In this document: positions 1 through 8,689 of the stretch, one piece after another
How the letters are laid out: every line of letters begins with the position of its first letter
How positions within the stretch are numbered: position 1 is the first letter of the stretch
Position numbers and translations under genes: made by a program
Origin: Myxococcales bacterium
Lineage (GTDB): Bacteria > Myxococcota > Myxococcia > Myxococcales > Anaeromyxobacteraceae
Assembly: GCA_038320275.1 (NCBI GenBank)
Contig: JBBQEB010000013.1
Span: 1 to 39,673, forward strand
DNA length: 39,673 nt
Direction: 5' to 3'
Notes under the pieces: generated by a model
Told to the model about the DNA's origin: nothing
The model's database searches: none
Seen by the model: the letters and a program-made list of their open reading frames with translations, nothing else

Positions 1-125
1 GGTTGGAGTCGCGGTCGAGGTCGAGGTCGGGGTCGGTGTCGGGGTCGCGGTCGGGGTCGGTGTCGAGGTCGAGGTCGAGGTCGGGGTCGGGGTCGGGGTC
101 GGGGTGGGGGTCGCGGTCGGGGTGC
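1..125. repeat. Tandem hexamer repeat (GGGTCG/AGGTCG variants) encoding a PT/ST linker
   Basis: Directly visible: ggtcgaggtcgaggtcggggtcgg...ggggtcggggtcggggtcggggtgggggtc. Confidence 0.9.
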
Positions 126-327
126 CCGTCCCACCCGCGAGGGGAGCCGCCGCTTCCGGGATCGCGGGGTCGGAGGGTGCGACCTCGTCCCAGTCGGACC
201 CGTCGTCGGGGAACTCCGCGAGGCGCCAATCGAAAGCCGAAGGCCTTGCAGGCTCCGCAGCTGGCTCCCTCTTCGTCGGGGAACCGGTCGCCGGCTGCGC
301 TCCAGCCGGTTTCGGCGTCTTCTCCAT
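1..327 (-). CDS. Hypothetical protein with Pro/Thr-repeat linker (N-terminal part; runs off the left edge)
   Basis: Not in ORF track. GGAGGTGACCC-ATG start at 327; open to the edge: MEKTPKPAGAQPATGSPTKREPAAEPARPSAFDWRLAEFPDDGSDWDE...TPTATPTPTPTPTSTSTS. A diverged copy exists at 8980. Confidence 0.75.
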   Translation of the reverse strand, partial: MEKTPKPAGAQPATGSPTKREPAAEPARPSAFDWRLAEFPDDGSDWDEVAPSDPAIPEAAAPLAGGTGTPTATPTPTPTPTPTSTSTSTPTPTATPTPTPTSTSTATPT

Positions 328-525
328 GGGTCACCTCCGGGGACCATCCCGCCGCCCCGTGGGTGCAAGCTAACCTCGGGGTACGACGCGGACAGCCGCG
401 ATCGCAGCCGACGTCCCAGCGCCGCGGCAACCAAGGCCGCGCGCGAGAGCCGATGCATCGAGGCTACGACCTGCTCGCCGTCCCCACATCGAGCCCGCGA
501 GGCCCTTCGTGCCAGCATCCTGTTC

Positions 526-2274
526 ATGGCACACGCTCGACTCCCGCCTCCTGCCACGCGGGCCCTCGCCATCGCCCTCGCGCCGCTGCTCGCCTGCGGG
601 GTGGGCGAGCTCCTGCGGGCGCGTCCGCGGAACAGCACCGGGGGCACCACCGACGCGGTGTGCACGGTAGGTGTGAGCGGGGGCAAGGTGATGGCGCCGG
701 TCTTCGTGCGCAACCTGCGCGGCGACACGGGATGGTTCGCTTCGCCTCTCGTGACGGACCTCGGCGAGGCCGGCAAGAACAAGATCGTCGCCGCCACCTA
801 CGCGCTTCGCGTCTACGACGCTGCCGGCGCGCTCCTCGACAGCGCCGCGGGCAACGGCAAGCGTGTCTACGCGCCGCACCTCGTGACCGATCTCGATGGC
901 GACGGCATTCCCGACGTCGTGGTGGGACAGGGCTCACAGGTGTTCGCCTACACGTGGGTGGGCGGCCGGCTGCGACTCAAGCAGGGGTGGCCGGTGGACA
1001 CGTCGACGGCCGGGGAGTCGCCGGAGGTGCGCGGACTCGCCGCCGCCGACCTCGCGGGTGACGGGCGCATCGAGGTGGTCGCCACCACCACCCAGACGCA
1101 GCCCGTCGAGGCGGGCGGGGCGCAGGTGTTCGTCTTCTCGAGCGACGGAAGCCCCTACCAGCCGCCCGGGGCCTCGTTCCCGGCCTGGCCTCGCTACAAC
1201 CATCGCAAGGGCCCAGGAGGCGACGCCGACGCCAACGGAGCCGGAGAGCGCGGTTACGGGTGCTACGGTCTCAACGTCGCCATCGGCAACCTCGACGACG
1301 ACTCCGCGCTCGAGATCGTGGCGACCTACGACAATCACCAGATCCAGGTCTTCAAGGCGGACGGGACGGCGGTGAACGCCTCGCCATGGTTCACTAATCG
1401 TCTATCCGCCTACGCCGGCGATCGGCTCACCTGGGGACAGTTCATCCGGTGGTTCGATCCCGCGGTGGAGGCGAGCCAGTACCACCTCCACACGGGCGCC
1501 TGGCCCGACCCCGGCGCCGGGCAGGAGTGGCTGCAGTGGACCGCCTCGCCTCCCACCATCGTCGACCTCGACGGGGCCGGTCACGCCTCGGTGGTGGGGG
1601 CGCCCAACGTCGAGACGCACATCCCTTACGCCACCCAGGCCTACGCTCTCATGGCGCTCGACGGCGCGCAGGGTGACGGCAGCCGGAGCGCCATGCGCCA
1701 CCCCGGGTGGGAGACGCTGCCGCGGGGCGAGCGGCCCATCGCGGTTGAGGGCTGGTATCCGCCGGTCGGCGTGCCGGCGGTCGCAGCCGCGAACCTCCAG
1801 GGCGACGCGCGCCCGGAGCTCGTCGTCTCGCTCAACGACGGCTTCATGTATGCCTTCGACGCCGGCGGCCAGCGGCTCTGGAGGTACGACTACACGCACG
1901 GCAAGCCGGTCATGTTCGCCTCGGAAGCGGCGGTGGCCGACCTCGACGGCGACGGCTCGCCCGAGGTGATCTTCACCACCTATGGCTCCCCCGACGCGAG
2001 GGACTCCGGCCACCTCGTCATCCTGGCCGCCAACGGGGCGCTGCTCCACGACGTGGCGCTCCCGAATCCTGGCAGCGACGGCAACGGCAGCGGCGCCCCG
2101 GCCGCCCCCACCATCGCCGACGTCGACGGCGACGGGCAGCTCGAGATCCTCGTGCAGACCTTCGACCACGGCCTGGACGTGTTCACGGTGCCCGGGTCGG
2201 GCACGAACTGCGTGCCGTGGCCGACGGCGCGAGGGGGGCCGACGCGCATGGGCCGGGCGGGCGGAGGGCGGTGA
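526..2274 (+). CDS. FG-GAP/VCBS-repeat beta-propeller protein, probable lipoprotein
   Basis: Repeated DLDGDGxPD/E Ca-binding motifs (DLDGDGIPDVVV, DLDGDGSPEVIF, DVDGDGQLEILV); N-terminal ALAIALAPLLAC lipobox-like segment. Confidence 0.85.
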   Translation: MAHARLPPPATRALAIALAPLLACGVGELLRARPRNSTGGTTDAVCTVGVSGGKVMAPVFVRNLRGDTGWFASPLVTDLGEAGKNKIVAATYALRVYDAAGALLDSAAGNGKRVYAPHLVTDLDGDGIPDVVVGQGSQVFAYTWVGGRLRLKQGWPVDTSTAGESPEVRGLAAADLAGDGRIEVVATTTQTQPVEAGGAQVFVFSSDGSPYQPPGASFPAWPRYNHRKGPGGDADANGAGERGYGCYGLNVAIGNLDDDSALEIVATYDNHQIQVFKADGTAVNASPWFTNRLSAYAGDRLTWGQFIRWFDPAVEASQYHLHTGAWPDPGAGQEWLQWTASPPTIVDLDGAGHASVVGAPNVETHIPYATQAYALMALDGAQGDGSRSAMRHPGWETLPRGERPIAVEGWYPPVGVPAVAAANLQGDARPELVVSLNDGFMYAFDAGGQRLWRYDYTHGKPVMFASEAAVADLDGDGSPEVIFTTYGSPDARDSGHLVILAANGALLHDVALPNPGSDGNGSGAPAAPTIADVDGDGQLEILVQTFDHGLDVFTVPGSGTNCVPWPTARGGPTRMGRAGGGR

Positions 2275-2419
2275 CCGATGCGGACGCGATTCTGGCGCGG
2301 GCCTTCAGCTGTGCACCCGCCCGGCTCCTGGAGCCACCGCGTCAGCCCCTCCGGTCGGCGCGGCACCTCGGTCTCATGAAGGCGGAGGCCGCGCGCGAGC
2401 TCCCGCTCGCCGCTGCGGC

Positions 2420-3031
2420 TCATGCCCTCGCGTCACCTGGAACGGGAAACGGCGGCGAGGTCACGGCGAGAGCTGCCGCCTCCAGGCGAGCCTCCTCGGT
2501 CGCGGCGACATCGCCCTCCGCCCGCGCCACCGCTGCCCTGGCCTCCCAGGCCGCGGGGGACATCGGATAGAGGAGAGTCAACGCGGCCGCCAGCGCGCGC
2601 GCCTCGGGAGCCTTGTCTGTCGCGAGCTGATAGCGCGTCATCGCAACGTGCGAGTCGACGTCCGCCTCGCCGGCCCGAAGGAGGAGCGCGTAGAGGCGAG
2701 GCGTCGAGGGATCGTCCGCGCGGCGGTCGGAGTCCGCCAGCGCCTCGCGGATGCGCCTCCCGATCACGTCGAAGGAGGTGCGGAAGGAAAGAGCCAGCGG
2801 GTCCTTGGAAATTGCGGTCTGGATCTGTTCGAACGCCATCTCGAGCTCCCCTGCGTAGTCACAGGCCACGGCGTAGGCCCAGTGAAGGTGTGCCGAGTCG
2901 ACCCCGGCCTTGCGGGCGAGAGCGAGGACCTCGCCGTACACCGCGATCGCCTCGCGCGGCTCGCCTCGCTCGACGAGCCCGTAGCCCTTGCTCGCGCCGG
3001 CCAGGAGGTTCTTCATCGTCTTGTCGATCAT
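2420..3031 (-). CDS. TPR-like helical repeat protein
   Basis: All-helical pattern (GEPREAIAVYGEVLALA; YAGELEMAFEQIQTAISKDP; YPMSPAAWEARAAVARAEGD); ATG at 3031 after GGAAGGA; alternative TTG start at 3070. Confidence 0.7.
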   Translation of the reverse strand: MIDKTMKNLLAGASKGYGLVERGEPREAIAVYGEVLALARKAGVDSAHLHWAYAVACDYAGELEMAFEQIQTAISKDPLALSFRTSFDVIGRRIREALADSDRRADDPSTPRLYALLLRAGEADVDSHVAMTRYQLATDKAPEARALAAALTLLYPMSPAAWEARAAVARAEGDVAATEEARLEAAALAVTSPPFPVPGDARA

Positions 3032-3575
3032 ATCTCTATTCCTTCCAATGGATTGCGCAAAAGGCAGCAAGCCTAACCGTTCCGGCGGTAGCGCCGGAGC
3101 AAATGGCTCGTGATTGGGCTCCTCGTGAGCTCCCTGGCGGTGGCGAGGAGACAGCGGGGTTTGACGTCCAGCCCTGTCAGCAGCCCACGCCTGGACGCAT
3201 GACGGAAGCTCCGCCAGGAATCTTACGAGGTCAAGCGACCAGGATCAGAAGGGATTTCCGGTCATGAAGCACTCCATCGCACACGGCATTGCCACAACCC
3301 CGGTTACCCGGGAGCTGGCCGAGGGTCGCTGGGCCGTGGCCCTACCGCTCGTCGTGATGGGGTTCAACATCATGCACGTCATCGGACGCCACGGATAGTA
3401 GCACCATTGACCATTCGTGGCAAGCGCGGCTCCTTGCCATCAAATGTCCCGGACGCTCCACTTCGAGGCGCCGCGTCCCGGGACATCCAGGATCCCGAGC
3501 GAGGGAGTTGCTCCATGTATCCCGCCGGTCGGTTTCGGGATCTCTGGCGCGCCCATTCCACCTGCTGGTCGGGCT

Positions 3576-4346
3576 TCACGCCCCGAGCAACTTCTTGCTG
3601 TCCTGCAGCCATCGCTCCTGAAAAGCTCGGCGGGCCGCCCATCCAACCTCCCGCATCCACCAGGCGTTCACGGAGCCTCCGATGCCGGCTCCCACCAACG
3701 GGATGGCCGCCAGCGCCTTTCTCTTGGTCAGGTGGATGCCGAGCTGTTTCGCGAGAGCCTGCGCGGCCTTGACGAGAGCGTCCGGTGTGATGCGACCGGC
3801 CACGGTCTTCTCGGCGCGCAGCATCGTCAGGGCGGCGATCTTGTCATCCATGACGTTGGCGCCGCTCGCCCCGAGGATGCCATAAGCGAAGCGGGCGTCC
3901 TCCTCCGAGCTACACGTGTAGCCGTAGCAGAGCCCGATCTTGTGGATCGTCCGGAGCGCGAGCGTGATGGACGCCGGGATGTCGAACACCAGTCCCACCA
4001 GGCCGCTGGCACCCCCAGCCGCACCTTCCGCCGCCGCGAAGCCAATGGCCCAGGAGTGGACGGAGTCCGCCAGGGCGTCGAGCCGCTCCAGTGGCAGGGC
4101 GCGCAGATCGTCGAGCGACTCCACTCCGGCTTCGCGCAGGAGGTCAGCCGGCCTCGCGAGCGTCTTCGCGAGCGAATTACTTGCCGTCAGTGCGGCCAAG
4201 ATCGCCTCCTCCGGGACCGCCTTCCGCACAGCCCACGCGAGCGGCGCCGTCATCGCGCCGACGCCTTTCGACACCGCGCTTGGCTCTTCCTCCTTCCACG
4301 AGCGGATGTCCTGAAGCTGCTGCTCCTCGTACTTCGTCAACACCAT
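3576..4346 (-). CDS. EcsC family protein
   Basis: AAAEGAAGGASGLVGLVFDIPASITLALRTIHKIGLCYGY and AIPLVGAGIGGSVNAWWMREVG match the EcsC pattern; start MVLTKYEEQQL. Confidence 0.85.
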   Translation of the reverse strand: MVLTKYEEQQLQDIRSWKEEEPSAVSKGVGAMTAPLAWAVRKAVPEEAILAALTASNSLAKTLARPADLLREAGVESLDDLRALPLERLDALADSVHSWAIGFAAAEGAAGGASGLVGLVFDIPASITLALRTIHKIGLCYGYTCSSEEDARFAYGILGASGANVMDDKIAALTMLRAEKTVAGRITPDALVKAAQALAKQLGIHLTKRKALAAIPLVGAGIGGSVNAWWMREVGWAARRAFQERWLQDSKKLLGA

Positions 4347-4377
4347 TTCCAAGAGAGCCTCCGATCCAAAGACCACA

Positions 4378-5087
4378 TCATCGTCCTGCCGCAAGCGCGG
4401 CGATCGCGTACGCGATGGAGAGGAACACGCCCACGGACGTGAAGGGGGCGTAGTCCAGGAAGGCGGCTCCGAAACGCGCCGCCAGGGTAGGGCGGGTCGG
4501 GCCGCGGTGCTCGCGGAGCGCACCCAGGATCGACATGAAGAGCGCCATCGCGAGGGTCAGCCCGGCGGCCAAGGCACCGGCGCTGACGGGCGACGCCAAC
4601 GCTCCCGCGAACCGTTGCGCGAAGAACAGAAAGGTCGCGGCCACCAACGGGATCCCGAAGCCTACCAGGCGCCGCGTGGCCCCATCGATGGCGACCTCCA
4701 CCTGGGAGCGCGCCAGCTCGCTGGATTCGGCAGCGCTTCGACGGATCTCCTCGCCGAGAAGCGTCACCACCCCGCGAAGCCGTTCCTCGACGCCAGCCAG
4801 TGCGCGGTCGGTATAGCCGTAGGTCGGTCGAGGGACTCATCGACGATCTTCTTCGCGGACCGTTCCACGCGTTCTGTCGTGTTCTCGACGATTTCTTGCA
4901 GGACGGGGACGTGGTCCTTCACGATCCCGCGCGCGGTGACGTCGATCTTCTGGATCGCGGAGTCGATGACTTGGGCGAGAGGTTCGAAGAGCTTGACCGC
5001 CTTCCTGCCGGTGAGGCCTCTTCCGGTCAACCGCACTTTGCCATCAGCCGCAGCCTCGTCCGGATCGGGAGGACGCCCCCAACTCAC
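4378..5087 (-). pseudogene. Coiled-coil plus C-terminal membrane protein split by a 1-nt frameshift (ORFs 4764-5087 and 4378-4770)
   Basis: Frame A ...VDESLD(R) continues naturally in frame B as TYGYTDRALAGVEERLRGVVTLLGEEIRR after a shift near 4825-4830; about 3 hydrophobic segments at the C-terminus; could be a sequencing error. Confidence 0.6.
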
Positions 5088-5293
5088 GCTCCGAACCCCT
5101 TCTTCAAAAGATAAGCGCCGCCCGAAGCCAGTGCGCCGCCGCCCACGGCAGCGGCCCAGTGGGGCGCCACCATCAGCGACGCACCGACTGCGACAAGGGC
5201 TCCGAGCGAGGCGGCGCCAATCTTCTCGAGTGGGCTACGCTCGCTCCACCAGCCCGTCAGCGTGTCCGGCTCCATTTTACGCAAGGTGCGCAT
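5084..5293 (-). CDS. Small membrane protein (69 aa, Gly/Ala-rich, about 2 TM)
   Basis: AGGAGGAGTCG-ATG start; MRTLRKMEPDTLTGWWSERSPLEKIGAASLGALVAVGASLMVAPHWAAAVGGGALASGGAYLLKKGFGA; stop overlaps the next GTG start. Confidence 0.7.
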   Translation of the reverse strand: MRTLRKMEPDTLTGWWSERSPLEKIGAASLGALVAVGASLMVAPHWAAAVGGGALASGGAYLLKKGFGA

Positions 5294-5674
5294 CGACTCC
5301 TCCTGAGGCAATCCTCCCCGGGGCACGGACACGAGGGCCGGCAGGGCACCCTCGAGGTGGGCAGCGGCGCGGCCGAGTTCCGCATCGTCGGGCTCCCTGC
5401 CGAGGGTCCGTGATTCACCAAGCGTGGCCCGCGCCGAAGCGCTCCGTCGATGCAGGCGGGACACGCATACCGCCCCGTAGCGAAACCGCAGCACAAGGCC
5501 CCTGTCCGCGCAGGTGGTATTCTGCCCGGACGTCCTTCGAGCAGCGCGAAAAGGCGAGGCAGGCGGCGTTCCGGATGCACTCGCGGACGTTGTGCGACTT
5601 GGCGCGGAGGGTGACCGGCGATGTCGGGCGCGCGTCAACACCTGGATCGGGTCGCTGTCCGAAGTGTGCGTCAT
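5294..5674 (-). pseudogene. Degraded or frameshifted hypothetical gene with a Cys-containing segment
   Basis: Coupled ATG at 5674 (ATGA overlap) gives MTHTSDSDPIQV; GC-ending codon bias then moves to another frame (TSPVTLRAKSHNVRECIRNAACLAFSRCSKDVRAEY). Confidence 0.35.
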
Positions 5675-5988
5675 GAACCCTCGTTGCACGCCGCGGTCTC
5701 ACGCTCCGCCGCCGCCTGGTCGTGGTCGATCCGCAGATCCTCGGCTTCGTGCTGCTTTCGTGTCCTCCGGAGGTAGTGCTTCCACCACCGATCAGAGCCG
5801 CGCCAGCTGATGCTGCGCGACGCGAGCTTCGCGACGAACCGGTGCGCGTCGTCCGCCGTGACCCAGTGGAAAGGCCGCCACGAACGCTCCTTGTCGAGCG
5901 CGCGGAGGAACGTCGCCCAGCTCTCCTGTGCCCGCCGAAACGAGCGCCTGCGCAGCGCCCGCCGCGAGCGATCCTCGGTCCGACTCAT
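5671..5988 (-). CDS. Hypothetical basic, Trp-rich protein (105 aa)
   Basis: MSRTEDRSRRALRRRSFRRAQESWATFLRALDKERSWRPFHW...; ATGA overlaps at both ends. Confidence 0.65.
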   Translation of the reverse strand: MSRTEDRSRRALRRRSFRRAQESWATFLRALDKERSWRPFHWVTADDAHRFVAKLASRSISWRGSDRWWKHYLRRTRKQHEAEDLRIDHDQAAAERETAACNEGS

Positions 5989-6575
5989 CGAACCCCTCGA
6001 GCTCGCTTGTCGAGCCACGTCGCGAGCTCCTCGAGCGCACGGCCCGTGCCGAGGACGATCAGAGCGGCGTCGTAAGCGCTCCCGGGACCGCCGCCCATGG
6101 CACGCACGCGTCGGGCCCAGCGCGGCAGCTCGAGCGCCGCGGCGCCCTCGGCCAGGAAGACGTCGTCCTCGATCCCGTACGCGCTTCGTGGACCTTCCGG
6201 TTCCACGAGGTCCTCCCAAGTCACCCCGCGAATCGCCCAGGCGGCGAAGCCGAGGCGGTCTTCCGGTGGCATGTCCTCCTCGTCGTACGCGTCAGGATCG
6301 AAAACGTCGCTCATCCGCTCCACGTACGCACGGACCTCGCGATCGCGAAGCAGCTTCTTCAGTTCGGCGCCGCCGTCGAGTGCCCGCGCTGCATCGAGGA
6401 CGCGGTCGGCGCGCGTCCGCCATTCGAACTCGGCGCCGTCGTCAGCGAGGCGGAAGCTTGCCCAGCTCCGGCCGTCCGGGCCCGGGAACGGCTCGGCATC
6501 GAAGGGCCAGGTCTGCACCTCGTAAGCGAGTCCGTCGTCGAGGGCGTGCGGGTTGATGAGGGACGCGTGCGCCAT
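5985..6575 (-). CDS. Hypothetical acidic protein (196 aa)
   Basis: GGAGGTGTGA-ATG RBS; GC-ending codon bias; coupled to the downstream gene. Confidence 0.75.
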   Translation of the reverse strand: MAHASLINPHALDDGLAYEVQTWPFDAEPFPGPDGRSWASFRLADDGAEFEWRTRADRVLDAARALDGGAELKKLLRDREVRAYVERMSDVFDPDAYDEEDMPPEDRLGFAAWAIRGVTWEDLVEPEGPRSAYGIEDDVFLAEGAAALELPRWARRVRAMGGGPGSAYDAALIVLGTGRALEELATWLDKRARGVR

Positions 6576-6657
6576 TCACACCTCCGTGAATCGTTCCCTC
6601 GTTGCCGCGGCAACCGGCCGAGGCGGCCGTGACTGCGGCGCGCTCGCGGTCCGTCGC

Positions 6658-7215
6658 TCACGCGCCGGGGTCGTCCGTCGCAGCGTTCGCGAGCCCGCCG
6701 CCCAGGTTACTGAACCGAGCGCGCAATCGCGCGAAGCGTGCGTGCAGCGCCGCGACGCGCTCACGCTCCGGGCCCTCGTACGCGGCGAAACGAGCGAGAA
6801 GGGCGTCTGCCGTCCCCTTTACGTTCGGGATCAACAGGTAGTTCATCGGGTACCAGCGCCGCGTCAGCAGCCGCGGCTCGTACGCCTCGACCAGCGTCGC
6901 GAGGCGATCGGCCTCGGTCTCAGGCCCGGACGATGGTCGGGGATCGACCCGGCGGAAGCCGACCTCAACGCGCCGCATCTCGTGGCTCACGCGCCACACG
7001 CCCTGGTACAGGATCGCGCGGTTCGTCCACCTGAGGAACGTCTCTCCGAGCTTCTCCGCTCCTGGAAAATCGCGATCCACTTGGAACCAGAACACCTCCC
7101 GCGCGGCACGCAGGATCGTCCCGCGGAGGGTCCCGAACGACGAGTGGTAGGTCACGCCAACGCCGGGCGCGGGCTCGACCGCGCCCGGCACGGGCGGCAG
7201 GGTCACGTGTGTCAT
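6658..7215 (-). CDS. Hypothetical protein (185 aa), translationally coupled to metK
   Basis: ATG overlaps the metK stop (ATGA); [37 protein letters not shown]... Confidence 0.75.
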   Translation of the reverse strand: MTHVTLPPVPGAVEPAPGVGVTYHSSFGTLRGTILRAAREVFWFQVDRDFPGAEKLGETFLRWTNRAILYQGVWRVSHEMRRVEVGFRRVDPRPSSGPETEADRLATLVEAYEPRLLTRRWYPMNYLLIPNVKGTADALLARFAAYEGPERERVAALHARFARLRARFSNLGGGLANAATDDPGA

Positions 7216-8351
7216 GGCAGGTTCACCAGGATCGCGCGCGCGAGGTCGGTGCGCTCCCACGAGAACCCCCCGTCCTCGTCGGCGACGCGCCCGAAGTGCC
7301 CGTACGCCGAGGTCCGCGCGTAGATGGGCCGGTCCAGGTTCAGGCGCTCGCGAATGGCGTTTGGCGTGAGGGAGATCGAGCGACGGATCGCGCGTGCGAT
7401 TGTCCACTCGTTGTCGAGGCTCGTGCCCTGGGTGTCGATCCGGACCGACACCGGCTCGATGACGCCGATCGCGTAGGCGAGCTGGACGAGACAGCGGTCC
7501 GCGATGCCGGCAGCGACGACGTTCTTTGCGAGCCACCGCGCGGCGTAAGCCGCCGACCGATCTACCTTCGACGGGTCCTTTCCGGAGAAAGCGCCGCCGC
7601 CGTGCGGCGCCGCGCCACCGTAGGTGTCGACGACGATCTTGCGGCCGGTGAGCCCGGTATCCGCCGCGGGACCACCGAGGATGAACGAGCCCGACGGGTT
7701 CACGTGCCAGGTGGTGCGGTCGTCGAGCCAGCCCTCCGGGAGCACCTCCATCACGGCCGCACGGACGAGGTCGGGCAGCTCCCGCTCGAAGCCGGGCGCG
7801 TGCTGCTGCGACACGACAATCGTCGCGACGCCGGTGGGCTTGCCGTCCTTGTACCGAAGGGTCAGCTGCGACTTCGCGTCGGGCCCGAGCCGCACCTCTC
7901 CTCCGCGGCGAATCGCGGCGAGCCGCTCGACAATCCGGTGCGCGTAGTGGATCGCCGCCGGCATGAGCTCCGGGGTCTCGTTGGTCGCGTAGCCAAACAT
8001 GATCCCCTGGTCGCCCGCGCCGCCGCTCGCGACCGCCGTGCCGATCTCCTCCGACTGCAAGTGGACGAGGTTCTCCACCTGCGCGGAGTCCCAACCGAAG
8101 TCGGCTCCCGTGTAGCCGATGTGGCGGATCGCGCCGCGCGCGATCGCCTCGAAGTCGACCTCGCTCACGCCGGCCACCTCGCCGGCGAGGATGCAGCGTC
8201 GCGCCGTCACCAGCGTCTCCGCGGCGACGCGGGCTCGTGGGTTCTGCGCAAGGCATGCGTCGACGATGGCGTCCGAGATCCGGTCGGCCACCTTGTCCGG
8301 GTGGCCCTCCGACACGGACTCGCTGGTGAACTCGTACGGTGAATCGCTCAT
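7212..8351 (-). CDS. metK: S-adenosylmethionine synthetase (methionine adenosyltransferase)
   Basis: Signature motifs [60 protein letters not shown]. Confidence 0.98.
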   Translation of the reverse strand: MSDSPYEFTSESVSEGHPDKVADRISDAIVDACLAQNPRARVAAETLVTARRCILAGEVAGVSEVDFEAIARGAIRHIGYTGADFGWDSAQVENLVHLQSEEIGTAVASGGAGDQGIMFGYATNETPELMPAAIHYAHRIVERLAAIRRGGEVRLGPDAKSQLTLRYKDGKPTGVATIVVSQQHAPGFERELPDLVRAAVMEVLPEGWLDDRTTWHVNPSGSFILGGPAADTGLTGRKIVVDTYGGAAPHGGGAFSGKDPSKVDRSAAYAARWLAKNVVAAGIADRCLVQLAYAIGVIEPVSVRIDTQGTSLDNEWTIARAIRRSISLTPNAIRERLNLDRPIYARTSAYGHFGRVADEDGGFSWERTDLARAILVNLP

Positions 8352-8357
8352 GGAATC

Positions 8358-8445
8358 CTCATCGCCGCGGCATTGCCACCGAGCCGGCGTTCGCCGGAGT
8401 TGGCGGGGAGTCGTCGAGCCGCAGCTCTCGTCCCCTCTGGATGGG
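8358..8445 (-). ncRNA. SAM-I-type riboswitch, compact variant lacking P4
   Basis: Minus strand CCCAUCCAGAG-GGGACGAGAG-CUGCGG-CUCGACGACUCCC-CGCCAAC-UCCGGCGAACGCCGGCUC-GGUGGC-AAU-GCCGCGGC-GAUGAG. Shows the AUCCAGAG core, kink-turn-like P2, L2 CUGCGG complementary to CCGCGG (pseudoknot), P3 GCCAAC/GGUGGC and P1 CAUC/GAUG, directly upstream of metK. Confidence 0.85.
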
Positions 8446-8515
8446 TGAAGCTCAGGATAGGGCCTGTACGGACACGGTTCGCGGCTACGCCGACGCAGCG
8501 CCCGGGATCGCGGAC

Positions 8516-8680
8516 TGAGCCGGCCCCGGTTTCGTGGACGCCTCCGATGTGGTGGAGACTTGGTCCACGGGACGAGGAAGAAGGCGGAAGTTCACCGCCG
8601 AGTACAAGGCTGAGGTGGTTGGCCCTGCGCGTGCCAGCGGCAAGGCCGCTGGCCACGTCGCGCAGGAGCTCGATCTGACT
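8516..8680 (+). mobile_element. IS3-family remnant (left inverted repeat plus truncated OrfA)
   Basis: TGAGCCGGCCCCGGTTTCGTGGACG resembles IS3-family [17 protein letters not shown]...SGKAAGHVAQELDL is the typical OrfA helix-turn-helix start; no OrfB. Confidence 0.8.
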
Positions 8681-8689
8681 GCTGATTTG

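Noticed and set aside
1..125. Possible CRISPR array
   Set aside because: Contiguous 6-mers with no spacers; encodes a PT linker; no cas genes seen.
3..1061. Long + strand SR/SG-repeat ORF, and the many other long Arg/Pro/Ala-rich ORFs in the track (e.g. 20138-22270, 29119-31563, 31016-32965)
   Set aside because: Shadow ORFs of a GC-rich genome; they overlap genes with clear family motifs in other frames or on the other strand.
3071..3077. GCCTAAC (GTTAGGC just before the TPR gene), and ACCTAAC near 9020, as integron attC ends
   Set aside because: No matching GTTRRRY partner or L boxes at a suitable distance, and no integron integrase.
3081..3542. Retron msr-msd or group II intron
   Set aside because: No reverse transcriptase in the window and no domain V motif recognised.
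3576..8351. Prophage
   Set aside because: No terminase, capsid, tail, integrase or DNA methylase recognised beside metK.
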